A stretch of DNA of 64,000 bases, taken from positions 86,883-150,882 of the forward strand of contig CAYJMG010000002.1 of assembly GCA_964371355.1 (NCBI GenBank). The letters are read 5' to 3'. This document shows, one piece after another, positions 28,906-38,386 of the stretch. The number at the start of each line of letters is the position of its first letter. The stretch's first letter is position 1. The notes beneath the pieces are model-generated. The model made no database searches. It had not been told where the DNA came from and saw nothing but the letters and a program-made list of their open reading frames with translations. This DNA is from an uncultured Dehalococcoidia bacterium (GTDB lineage: Bacteria > Chloroflexota > Dehalococcoidia > DSTF01 > JACRBR01). The translations under genes were made by a program, and so were the position numbers.

Positions 28906-29011
28906 GTCCGCAGCGTACCGGGGATCCGCGGGAAGTGGCGGAGCTGTGTCATGGCGGGCCCGCATCCGGCCGGCGGTTCATGACGCCCCGAACCCGATAT
29001 CCTTCAACCAG

Positions 29012-30271
29012 ATGACGGATACGCGCTACAGAATCTCCGGTGGGCGGCGGCTCGAGGGCCAGGTGCGCATCAGCGGCTCCAAGAACGGGGCCGACTACGC
29101 AATCGCCGCCGCGCTTCTCACCGACGACGACGTCGTCCTGCACAACGTCCCCGAGATCGGCGACGTGCGGCAGATGGTGGAGATCCTCGCGCATCTCGGC
29201 GCGCGGGTGGCCCGCCCGTCACAACACACCTTGCGCATCAATTGTGCGGAACTCACGCGGTCGGAGGTGCCGCCGCGGCTGGCGGCGCCGCTGCGCGCGT
29301 CGTTCCTGGTGATGGGGCCGCTGCTGGCGCGTATGGGTCATGCGTCTTGTCCGCCGCCTGGCGGCGACGCGATCGGCATCCGGCCCCTGGACGTACACCT
29401 CGCGGGCTTCCGTTCGCTGGGCGCCACCGTCGAGCAGCACGGCGACATCTTCGACATCAAGCAGACCAGCGCGTTCCGTGGACAGCGCGTCGTGCTGGAC
29501 TACCCGAGCGTGATGGGCACGCTGAACGTGATGCTGGCGGCGACGCTTGCCGACGGCACGACGACGATCATCAACGCCGCGTGCGAGCCCGAGATCGAGT
29601 CTCTGGCCGTGATGCTGAACGGCATGGGCGCGAAGATCGCGGCGGCGGGCACGCCCATCATGCGCATCGAGGGCGTGCGGTCGCTGGGCGGTGTCGAACA
29701 CCGGATCATTCCGGACCGGTTGGAGGCGGGGACGTTCGCGCTGGCGGCGGCGATAACGGGCGGGAGGATCGAGATCGAAGAGGCGGTGCCGGAGCACCTG
29801 GACGCGTTAATCTGGAAGATGCGCGAGGCGGGGGCGCGGGTGGAGAGCACAGACGGGGGCATGCGGGTCACGGGCGCGGCGGAGTACGAGGCCGTGAACG
29901 CGCAGGCGCTTCCGTACCCGGGTCTGGCGACCGACCTGCAGCCGCAGCTCGCCACGTTCCTGACGCAGGCGCGCGGGGCCAGCACCATCCACGAGCGCGT
30001 GTTCGACAACCGCCTGCTGTACATCACCGAACTCCGCAAGATGGGCGCCAACGTGGTGGCGACGGGGCAGACAGCCATCATCGCAGGCCCGACGAAGCTG
30101 ACGGCCGCGCCCGTCCAGGCGCTTGACGTGCGGGCGGGAAGCGCGTGCGTGCTGGCCGCGCTGGTTGCGGACGGCACCACGGAGATCAGCGACGTCTATC
30201 ACATTGAGCGCGCGCACGAGGACCTGCATGGTAAACTGCGCGCGCTCGGCGCCGAGATCGAGCGCGCCTGA
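29012..30271 (+). CDS. murA: UDP-N-acetylglucosamine 1-carboxyvinyltransferase
   Basis: The 419-aa EPSP-synthase fold starts [27 protein letters not shown], with the active-site loop. Upstream in-frame ORF codons lack homology. Confidence 0.9.
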   Translation: MTDTRYRISGGRRLEGQVRISGSKNGADYAIAAALLTDDDVVLHNVPEIGDVRQMVEILAHLGARVARPSQHTLRINCAELTRSEVPPRLAAPLRASFLVMGPLLARMGHASCPPPGGDAIGIRPLDVHLAGFRSLGATVEQHGDIFDIKQTSAFRGQRVVLDYPSVMGTLNVMLAATLADGTTTIINAACEPEIESLAVMLNGMGAKIAAAGTPIMRIEGVRSLGGVEHRIIPDRLEAGTFALAAAITGGRIEIEEAVPEHLDALIWKMREAGARVESTDGGMRVTGAAEYEAVNAQALPYPGLATDLQPQLATFLTQARGASTIHERVFDNRLLYITELRKMGANVVATGQTAIIAGPTKLTAAPVQALDVRAGSACVLAALVADGTTEISDVYHIERAHEDLHGKLRALGAEIERA

Positions 30272-30330
30272 TCGTCGTTCAGGTTCCAGCTCCTGGTACC
30301 GGGTTCTCGGTCCTACATCGCGAGGGCGGC

Positions 30331-31362
30331 TTGCTTCCAAAGAGAATCGGTATCGACCTCGGTACGGCGAACGTGCTGGTGTACGTCAAGGGCCGCGGGA
30401 TCGTCGTCAACGAGCCTTCGGTCGTCGCCCTGGCGAACCGCGACAACACGGTCGTTGCTGTGGGGCGCAGCGCCCAGGAGATGATGGGGCGCGTGCCGCA
30501 GAGCATCAGCGTCATCCGCCCGATGCGCGACGGCGTCATCGCCGACTACCTGATCACGGAAGCGATGCTGCGGTACTTCATCAACCGCGTGGTGGGGCGC
30601 TTCAACCTCATCAAGCCGGAGGTCATGGTCTGCATTCCCGCCGGCGTCACCAGCGTCGAGCAACGCGCGGTGCGCGACGCCGCTGAGCAGGCCGGAGGGC
30701 GGAGGCCGGTGCACCTGGTGCCGGAGCCGCTGGCGGCCGCCATCGGCGCGCGTATCCCGGTGAACTCCCCCAGCGGCAACATGGTGGTGGACATCGGCGG
30801 CGGCCGCACCGAAGCGGCGGTGATCTCGATGTACGGGATCGTCGTCAGCGAGAGCGTGCGCGTCGCGGGCGACAGGCTGGACGACGCGATCACGGCGTAC
30901 GTGAAGCGCCGGTACAACCTGGTGATTGGCGAGCGAACGGCGGAGGAGATGAAAGTGGCGATCGGCGCCGCCGTGCCGCTGGACCCGGAGCTGAAGATGG
31001 AAGTGCGAGGGCGCGACCAGATCAGCGGCCTGCCGAAGACGATCACGGTCACGTCGAGCGACATCACGGCCGCGATCCAGGATTCGCTGGCGACGATCTG
31101 CTCCGTCGTGCGCAGCGTGCTGGAGCGCACGCCGCCGGAGCTGGCCTCGGACGTCATCGACCGAGGGATCGTGCTGACGGGCGGCGGCGCGTGCCTGCGT
31201 CACATTGACGTGCTGCTGGCGCAGGAGACGGGCGTGCCGGTACACATCGCCGAGAACCCGCTGGACTGCGTGGCGATCGGCGCGGGGGTGGCGCTGGAGT
31301 ACCTCGAAGTGATCAAACGCAGCCTGCCGACCGAGGAAGAGACTCTGGTCGCCAGCTACTGA
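30331..31362 (+). CDS. mreB: rod-shape-determining actin homologue MreB
   Basis: [28 protein letters not shown] and the full actin-fold phosphate motifs. Confidence 0.9.
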   Translation: MLPKRIGIDLGTANVLVYVKGRGIVVNEPSVVALANRDNTVVAVGRSAQEMMGRVPQSISVIRPMRDGVIADYLITEAMLRYFINRVVGRFNLIKPEVMVCIPAGVTSVEQRAVRDAAEQAGGRRPVHLVPEPLAAAIGARIPVNSPSGNMVVDIGGGRTEAAVISMYGIVVSESVRVAGDRLDDAITAYVKRRYNLVIGERTAEEMKVAIGAAVPLDPELKMEVRGRDQISGLPKTITVTSSDITAAIQDSLATICSVVRSVLERTPPELASDVIDRGIVLTGGGACLRHIDVLLAQETGVPVHIAENPLDCVAIGAGVALEYLEVIKRSLPTEEETLVASY

Positions 31363-31410
31363 GCCTGAAGGCGTCGGCATGCGGGGACGCCGATCGGCTA
31401 CCATACCTGC

Positions 31411-31728
31411 GTGGTCGCCCGAATTGGCCTGGAATTGCCCCGGGAACCCATCGCTCAGTTCTGTGCGCGGTGGCACATCCGCGAACTCGCGCTGTTCGGT
31501 TCCGTGCTGCGGGATGATTTCACGCCGCAAAGCGACGTGGACGTTCTCGTGGCGTTCGAGCCGGCCGCACGCGTCGGTCTAGTCGCGTTGTCTCAGATGG
31601 AGCGCGAGCTTGCCGGGCTGCTGGGACGGCCGGTGGACCTCATCCCGCGTGATGCTGTCGAGCACAGCGAGAATGCGGCGCGCCGCCGGCGGATCCTGGA
31701 GAGCGCACACGTTGTCTACGCGGCCTGA
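31411..31728 (+). CDS. mntA: MntA-type nucleotidyltransferase antitoxin
   Basis: [18 protein letters not shown] is the minimal nucleotidyltransferase GS...D(x)D motif. GTG start. Paralogue of 55856-56173. Confidence 0.8.
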   Translation: MVARIGLELPREPIAQFCARWHIRELALFGSVLRDDFTPQSDVDVLVAFEPAARVGLVALSQMERELAGLLGRPVDLIPRDAVEHSENAARRRRILESAHVVYAA

Positions 31729-32064
31729 CGAGGATCTCCTCAACGATATCCTCCGCGCCGCCCAACGCATTGAGCGGCGGCTTCAAGGTGTTGAGCGTGA
31801 GCAGTTTATGGACGACGACGTCCTACAGGACGCGATCGTGCTGCAATTGCCGTGATTGACGAGGCCGCCAGGAACCTCGCGGACGAGTTCAAGCAGGCCT
31901 TTCCTGACGTGCCATGGCCGGACATCGGAAACATGCGCAACCGGCTCGTCCACGCGTACCACCTCGTGTCGCTGCCGATTGTGTGGGATACAGCGACGAT
32001 GGACATACCGGATCTGGCACGACGTCTCACGGTTCGGGGTGAGGCAGGGGAAGAGCACGCCTAG
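31713..32064 (+). pseudogene. hepT: HepT (DUF86) RNase toxin, disrupted by a 1-nt frameshift near 31846-31852
   Basis: The N-part in frame 2 (...QDAIVLQLP*) and the C-part in frame 1 (VIDEAARNLADEF...NMRNRLVHAY..., carrying the Rx4HxY motif) together make a full HepT. A single-nucleotide indel in caattgccgtgatt would restore it. Confidence 0.65.
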
Positions 32065-33326
32065 TTAGCCGCCGGTGTGGCGGCTAACTCCACCGCCACT
32101 ACTGTCGCGATGTCATCGATCGCGGACGGCGGGACGGTGATCGTCAGCTCGCCCAGGGGGTCCGGGTTGAACAGCGTGTCCGCGATCGACGTCCGCTTCG
32201 TGAACGGCAGAGCCTCCCCCGTACCCAGCGCGCGGACTGATTTCACGTGCTTCACGTGTATGCCGCGGACCGAGACAACGTCGTAAGGCCGCATGAGCAG
32301 GTGCAGGTAGACGGTCTCGCCACGGCGCGTGGACGGGCCGTAGAACTGCCAGGGCTCGAGGCCGGCGGTTGTCCCGACGATGCTCTCGCCGTGCTTCGCC
32401 ATCCACGACGCGATCGCCTCGAGCCGGTCGGACTGCTCGGGCGGGAGTGCGCCGTCGCCGCGGGGGGCGACGTTGAGGAGGAGGTTACCGCCCTTTCCGG
32501 CGATCTCGCACAGGCTGTGGACCAGCGCACGCGCGCTCTTGTAGTGCGTATCGTGGGGGTTGTAGGCCCACGTCTCGTTCATGGTCAGGCAGGTCTCCCA
32601 CGGGCCGGCTGGTGGCTGGGCGGGGACGAACTGCTCCGGCGTGGCGTAGCCGCCCTGGCCGGGCAGTCGGTCGTTGATCACGATGCCGGGCTGCAGCGAA
32701 AGGATCATCTCACGCAGCTCCTTCGCCCGCCACTGGTCGATCGAGCGCTCCCACTGGCCGTCGAACCAGAGCACGCTGATCTCGCCATAGGCCGTCAGCA
32801 GCTCGCGGACCTGCGCGAACATCACGTCGAGGAACGCCGGCCAACGGTCGGGGTCCAGTGGCTTGCCGACGGGGAACTTGTACGGCGCGTCGTCCTGCGT
32901 GAAGGCCGGGTAGTCGGGATGATGCCAGTCGGCGAGCGAGAAGTAGAAGCCGGGGCGCACACCCTCGGCGCGGAAGGCGTCGACGTACTGGCGGACGATA
33001 TCGCGGCCGTACGGCGACCGCATGACGCTGAAGTCCGTCGTCTGCGTGTCCCACATGCAGTAGCCGTCGTGGTGCTTGGTGGTGAAGACGGCGTACTGCA
33101 TGCCGCAGGCCTTCGCGAGGCGCGCCCAGGCGCGGGGATCGCAGGCCTGTGGGTCGAAGGTAGCGGCGGAGGCGTGGTACTGGTCGACGGTTACGTTCGC
33201 GCCGGCGCCGGCGGTGACGCCCCAGCCGGTCAGGGGCCACGACAGCTCGATCCCCTGCTGGGAGCTGTGGCCCCAGTGGATGAACATCCCGAAACGCGCC
33301 GCGTCGAACCAGGAGGAATCATGCAT
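32061..33326 (-). CDS. alpha-L-fucosidase (GH29), second paralogue
   Basis: FGMFIHWG, KHHDGY and WFDGQWE motifs. About 40% identity by eye to the 7565-8905 enzyme. Confidence 0.85.
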   Translation of the reverse strand: MHDSSWFDAARFGMFIHWGHSSQQGIELSWPLTGWGVTAGAGANVTVDQYHASAATFDPQACDPRAWARLAKACGMQYAVFTTKHHDGYCMWDTQTTDFSVMRSPYGRDIVRQYVDAFRAEGVRPGFYFSLADWHHPDYPAFTQDDAPYKFPVGKPLDPDRWPAFLDVMFAQVRELLTAYGEISVLWFDGQWERSIDQWRAKELREMILSLQPGIVINDRLPGQGGYATPEQFVPAQPPAGPWETCLTMNETWAYNPHDTHYKSARALVHSLCEIAGKGGNLLLNVAPRGDGALPPEQSDRLEAIASWMAKHGESIVGTTAGLEPWQFYGPSTRRGETVYLHLLMRPYDVVSVRGIHVKHVKSVRALGTGEALPFTKRTSIADTLFNPDPLGELTITVPPSAIDDIATVVAVELAATPAAN

Positions 33327-33424
33327 GCGGGAAGAGTATTCGACGCGCTCGTAGGCGCGAGGGCGGCGGTCGCATCACCAGAACCCCCGCCGCGGGCCGA
33401 GATCATAGGCAGGGGTCGTGATTC

Positions 33425-34825
33425 ATGCGGACAGTCACGCGGACCGTCGTCGTCGCTCTGCTCGCGCTGCTCGTCTTTTCGGCGTGCACCGGCGGCGGCC
33501 GCAGGCCGGCGAGCGGGGAGGCACCTGGCGCCGGACATGAGGCGGACGCCGGATCGCGGAATCCGCCGGCCGAGGCGACCGAAGGAGTCACCACGGCGGG
33601 TTCAAGCGTCGGGGGCGCGGGCGCGGGCGCGGGTGCGCGAGAGGGTGCGCCACGGATGGCTGGACCTGATCCTGAGTCAACCGCGGATGCCGGGAGTCCC
33701 CGCGCCGGCGGCGCGCGGGCGCGGGGCGCCCCCGGCGAAGACTCGATCGGCGAGGTCGCGACAAATGCAGGCGAGGGCGGATCGGCCAGCGGCGAGCCCG
33801 TTGCCAGCGGGGACTCGGGGATCGCGGCGATCACAGTGACGGGGACGCCCGTGTATCGCATCCCGGCGGGCGAGGCGCTGACCGCGCTGGGGACGCCGAC
33901 GCCCACGCGCACGCCGACCCGCACGCCAACAGCGACACCGACATCGACGCGCACGCCGACGCCAACGTCCGGATCGGCGCCGGTGGTCGGGGGATGCCAA
34001 GTGCTGCCGGCGGACAATCCGTGGAACACGGACATCTCGGCGTACCCGGTGCATCCCAACAGCGCGAACTACATCGCCAGCATGAACGCCGGCGGCAAGA
34101 CGAAGCTGCATCCCGACTGGGGCGGCAGCGGCGAGTACGGCATCCCGTTCATCGTCGTGCCCGCGGACCAGCCACTGGTGCCGCTGAACTTCACGGCGTA
34201 CGGCGACGAGAGCGATCCGGGCCCGTACCCGATCCCGCTGAGCGCGCCCATCGAGGGCGGCCCGGCATCCGATGGCGACCGCCACGTGCTCGCCATCCGC
34301 CAGGGCGAGTGCGTGCTGTACGAGCTGGGGCGCGCTTTTCCGCAAGACGGGTATTGGGATGCCGACGTGGGGGCGAAGTGGCCGCTGAACACGAACGCGT
34401 TGCGGCCGATGTACTGGACGTCCGTGGACGCGGCCGGGCTGCCCATCCTCCCCGGGCTGGTGCGGTACGACGAGGTAGCGGCGGGGCAGATCAACCACGC
34501 GGTGCGTTTCACGGCCTGGCGCACGCAGCGCGGGTTCATCCTGCCGGCGACCCACTACGCAAGCAGCTACACAGACCCGAACCTGCCGCCGATGGGGTTG
34601 CGGCTGCGGCTGAAGTCGTCCTACGACATCTCGGCGTACACGGGGGAGTCCCGCGTCGTGCTGGAGGCGCTGAAGAAGTACGGGATGATGCTCGCGGACA
34701 ACGGGTCGAGCTGGTACGTCACGGGCGCCGCGGACCCCCGGTGGGACGACGAGGACCTCAACCAGCTCAAGAACGTCCCTTCGAGCGCGTTCGAAGCCGT
34801 CTACACAGGCGACGTCATCCACTAG
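33425..34825 (+). CDS. secreted lipoprotein with Thr/Pro linker and conserved C-terminal domain of unknown function
   Basis: Signal/lipobox LLALLVFSAC. Gly/Ala-rich region, then a (TPTR)n linker. A C-terminal domain of about 280 aa starts at CQVLPADNPWNTDIS. Confidence 0.7.
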   Translation: MRTVTRTVVVALLALLVFSACTGGGRRPASGEAPGAGHEADAGSRNPPAEATEGVTTAGSSVGGAGAGAGAREGAPRMAGPDPESTADAGSPRAGGARARGAPGEDSIGEVATNAGEGGSASGEPVASGDSGIAAITVTGTPVYRIPAGEALTALGTPTPTRTPTRTPTATPTSTRTPTPTSGSAPVVGGCQVLPADNPWNTDISAYPVHPNSANYIASMNAGGKTKLHPDWGGSGEYGIPFIVVPADQPLVPLNFTAYGDESDPGPYPIPLSAPIEGGPASDGDRHVLAIRQGECVLYELGRAFPQDGYWDADVGAKWPLNTNALRPMYWTSVDAAGLPILPGLVRYDEVAAGQINHAVRFTAWRTQRGFILPATHYASSYTDPNLPPMGLRLRLKSSYDISAYTGESRVVLEALKKYGMMLADNGSSWYVTGAADPRWDDEDLNQLKNVPSSAFEAVYTGDVIH

Positions 34826-35055
34826 CCTTTGATGGCCTGGCGCGACTGGCTCCCGGCGACGGCGGCCGACCATGCCGTGCTGGAGTCGTTACGCTAACCA
34901 CTTCCGCGGCAGGGTACTCCTGACTCGACTCGGCCGAGGCGCACGCCCGTTCTGGCCAGTGCATGCCTCTCCGCCACTCCTGACGCTCGATCGATAGACG
35001 ATCTCCTCCAGGTCCGTCCAAGGCCGGGCCTTCCTCTGCCGATACTGATCCTGAC

Positions 35056-35844
35056 ATGGGGTTCAGGGGCCCGCCCGTCGCCGTGCCGCTCCGCGCGCTC
35101 GCCGTTTCCGGCGGGCTGCTGCTGCTCGTGCTCCTCACCCCGGCCGGGCGCGGGCACCAGGCGTTCGCCGCCGGCGACTGCACCGTCACGGCGTCCGAGG
35201 CCGGGCTGGACAGCGAGGAGCAGGCATTCCTCACGCTGATCAACGACTACCGCGTCGCGAACGGGCTCGCGCCGCTGACGGCCTCGTACCCGCTCACCCG
35301 CGCGTCGGCGTGGAAGTCGAAGGACATGGGCGTGCAGAGCTACTTCGCGCACGACGACACGCCGATCTCACGCACGTGGGTCCAGCGGATCCGCGACTGC
35401 GGGTACGGCTACAACACCTACCTCGGCGAGAACATCGCTGCCGGGTACACGACGGCATCGGCCGTCTTCAACGGCTGGAAGAACAGCCCGGGCCACAACG
35501 CGAACATGCTGGGCACCAACTACACGACCATTGGCATCGGACGGCACTATGTCGGCGGCAGCCCCTACGGCTGGTACTGGACAACCGACTTCGGCGGCTA
35601 CGACGACGGCTGGATGCGCGCGCCGGAGACCGTGACGCCGCTGGGCGAGATCACGCCGATCGGCGATCCGGACGTCGTGCCGACGGTGGAGCAGAGCCCG
35701 GTGTCGGCCGGGCCGCTGGTCTCGGTCGCGCCCGGTGGTGGTGGAGGCGGGTTGGAGGGCAAGCTCGACTTCTCGGCAACCTGCGCGACACTGCGCGAGC
35801 GCAAGCACCCGCTGGCGGACCGCTTCTGCGGCAAAGACGAGTGA
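35056..35844 (+). CDS. CAP/SCP/PR-1 (YkwD-like) domain protein, secreted
   Basis: Signal peptide present. The CAP motifs are GHNANML and GENIAAGYTTASAVFNGWKNSPGH. Confidence 0.8.
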   Translation: MGFRGPPVAVPLRALAVSGGLLLLVLLTPAGRGHQAFAAGDCTVTASEAGLDSEEQAFLTLINDYRVANGLAPLTASYPLTRASAWKSKDMGVQSYFAHDDTPISRTWVQRIRDCGYGYNTYLGENIAAGYTTASAVFNGWKNSPGHNANMLGTNYTTIGIGRHYVGGSPYGWYWTTDFGGYDDGWMRAPETVTPLGEITPIGDPDVVPTVEQSPVSAGPLVSVAPGGGGGGLEGKLDFSATCATLRERKHPLADRFCGKDE

Positions 35845-35847
35845 CAG

Positions 35848-37104
35848 CTAGCGAGTGGCCTCAGCGCTGACGTCGTCGCCATAGGTCGCCGCCTTCGCGC
35901 TCTTCTCGGCGTGGTGGTCGAGCGCGTAGCGCAGGTCGGCGAGGAACTCATCGACGTTGTTCATGTGCGTGGGGCTGGCCATCAGGTGCAACGCCGCCGG
36001 CTGGTCCTGGCGGTCGAAGTGCCAACCCTTTTCGTTCAGCGTGTCGCCCACGGCGAGGATGTCGTGCACGCGAGAGCCGATGGCGACGACGGTCATGTCG
36101 GGCTCGCCCCAGACGTGGGCGTCGGGCATGGCGTTGACGCCTTCGGTGAGGCGGCGGGCCACCTCCATCGTCTGTCCGGCGAGGCGCACGTACCCGTCTT
36201 CCCCAAGCAGATGCAGGACGGCCCAGGCAGCGGCGATGGGTGGGGCCGGCTTCGTCCCCTGGAACGCCTGCGTGCCGTAGATGCCGCCGGGCCAGTCGGA
36301 GAACATGAACACCTGGTACCGCAGGTTGCCCCTGGGCCGGTGCAGCACCACGGAGGCGCCCTTCGTCGCGTAGCCGTACTTGTGCAGGTCGGCCGACATC
36401 GAGGTCACGCCGGGCACGCGGAAGTCCCACGCGGGCAGCCTTCGGCCCAGCCGTTCGACGAACGGCAGCATGAAGCCCCCCAGGCAGGCGTCGACGTGGA
36501 AGGGGATGCCCTTCGCCGAGGCGATCGCGGCCATCTCTTCGATGGGGTCGATCATGCCGAATGGGTAGTTGGGTGCGCTGCCGACGGCGAGCACCGTGTT
36601 GTCGTCCAGCAGGGGTTCCATGTCGGCGGCGTAGGTGCGCAGATCCTCGCGCAGGGGTATGTGCACCCACTCGATGTCGAGCAGCTCGGCAGCCTTGATG
36701 AACGCCGGGTGCGCCGTGCGAGGAATCACCAGCCTGCCGCGGCGGATGCTACGCTCGGCGCGGCCCTTGTCGCGCGCCGTCTTCACGGCCTCGAAGATCG
36801 ATTCGGTGCCTCCGGAGGTCATGGCGCCGCCGCAGTCATCGCCGCCGTGGAAGAGATCGGCGGCGATGGACACGACGTCGCGTTGCATCTCTTTGAGGCT
36901 GGGGAAGACGAAGGGGTTGAGCGCGTTCTCCTTCAGCGTGTGGTCGACGGCGGCGTGAAGGACCGCGTCGACTTCGGGCCCCGCGTTGTAGATCAGGCCC
37001 CAGGTACGCGAGCCGCGATAGTCGCCGTCGTGCGTCTGCAACGCGCGCATCTCGCGCATCACGTCATCCACGGTCGAGGAGGATTTGGGCAGCGTCTTGG
37101 ACAT
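35848..37104 (-). CDS. PLP-dependent group II decarboxylase / sphingosine-1-phosphate-lyase-like enzyme
   Basis: SADLHKYGYATKG has the PLP Lys in an SPL/GadB-type context. ATG 37104 matches the homology start. The longer ORF is Arg-rich junk. Confidence 0.8.
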   Translation of the reverse strand: MSKTLPKSSSTVDDVMREMRALQTHDGDYRGSRTWGLIYNAGPEVDAVLHAAVDHTLKENALNPFVFPSLKEMQRDVVSIAADLFHGGDDCGGAMTSGGTESIFEAVKTARDKGRAERSIRRGRLVIPRTAHPAFIKAAELLDIEWVHIPLREDLRTYAADMEPLLDDNTVLAVGSAPNYPFGMIDPIEEMAAIASAKGIPFHVDACLGGFMLPFVERLGRRLPAWDFRVPGVTSMSADLHKYGYATKGASVVLHRPRGNLRYQVFMFSDWPGGIYGTQAFQGTKPAPPIAAAWAVLHLLGEDGYVRLAGQTMEVARRLTEGVNAMPDAHVWGEPDMTVVAIGSRVHDILAVGDTLNEKGWHFDRQDQPAALHLMASPTHMNNVDEFLADLRYALDHHAEKSAKAATYGDDVSAEATR

Positions 37105-37600
37105 CGTTTGCTCCGTGCGGCTGGGATCGTGCTGGTGGGTGATCCTATCCGCCGGACGTGTCCGGCGAAAAGGGCCGCTTAGCCCCGCTCGATTCGTGGC
37201 GCGCCGAGCAGGAGCCATGCCCGCCGCTGCGCGATCTCCGCCGCGTGGACGCGCTGGTGCGAGAGGCTGCGGCGCAGGGCCTTTCGTACAGTCCACTCTT
37301 CGGCGACGGGCGTTGTCCGCGAGGGGTGGATGGGGCGCCACACGACAGCGATCGCGCGTCGATCTCCGTCGCGACGCGCCAGTCCGTCCCCGGCGATGGT
37401 GCTTCTCCGTGCTCGCGCAGCCACGCCAGGTGTTCGGCAATGGCGAGCGGAAGCCTGCGATCGAGTTCCGTGCGGTCGGCGCCGGAGGCGATGCAGCCGG
37501 GCAGATCGAGCACCCACGCGAGGACCTCGCGCTCGTACGTGACAAGACCGACGTCATGCATGATGAGCGGCACCCGCCCGTACGAAGTCCCGTGGTGCGG

Positions 37601-38074
37601 TCAGCTGATCTTCGTGATCTTGTATGTCACGAGGCCCTTCGGCGCATTGACCTGCACCTCGTCGTTCAGCTTCTTGCCGATGAGCGCCCGCCCGACCGGC
37701 GACTCGTTGCTGATCTTGCCTTCACGCGGGTCGGCCTCGGCGGGGCCGACGATCGTGTACTCGACCGACTTGCCTTCCGCGGTCTTCATCTTCACGTTGC
37801 TGCCCAGCATGATGGTCTTCGACTTGTGGGCGCCGTCCTTGTCGATGATCGTGGCATTCTGGATCAGGCTCTGGAGCTGCAGGATGCGGCCCTCCACCAT
37901 CGCCTGCTCGTTCTTGGCGTCCTCGTACTCGGCGTTGTTCTGGCTGCTGGCCAGCTCCTTCGCCTGGTGGATCTTGTCCGCGACCTCGCGGCGGCGCACG
38001 GTCTCCAGATGACCAAGCTCCTCCTCGATCCGCGCGAGGCCTTCCTTCGTGATCGGCTGCGGTTTGTCGACCAT
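37601..38074 (-). CDS. greA: transcription elongation factor GreA
   Basis: PITKEGLARIEEELGHL coiled-coil domain plus FKBP-like C-domain, 157 aa. Confidence 0.9.
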   Translation of the reverse strand: MVDKPQPITKEGLARIEEELGHLETVRRREVADKIHQAKELASSQNNAEYEDAKNEQAMVEGRILQLQSLIQNATIIDKDGAHKSKTIMLGSNVKMKTAEGKSVEYTIVGPAEADPREGKISNESPVGRALIGKKLNDEVQVNAPKGLVTYKITKIS

Positions 38075-38386
38075 GACGACCCCCTTATCGATGCTCGCGC
38101 CGGCCGCCTGGCGACGGCCGGATGCGTGTTCAGGGTTGAATTTGTGAAAAAAAGAACTGAGGCGACCGCCTCAGCACCTGAGCGATGCGAAGTATACCCG
38201 CACCGCCAGAGGCCTGTAAAGCATCCTCCACCTCGATTTCGAATCTGTGGGCCCCGCGAGCGGGCACCTCGCCCTTCATCCTCGGCCGGTGGACGCGGGC
38301 GCTGAACGAGACGCTGGTTGATCTTCCCCCGCCTCGCGGCGACACTTCGGGCTGACGCTACACCGGAACGAGGTCCGGCCCCCACA

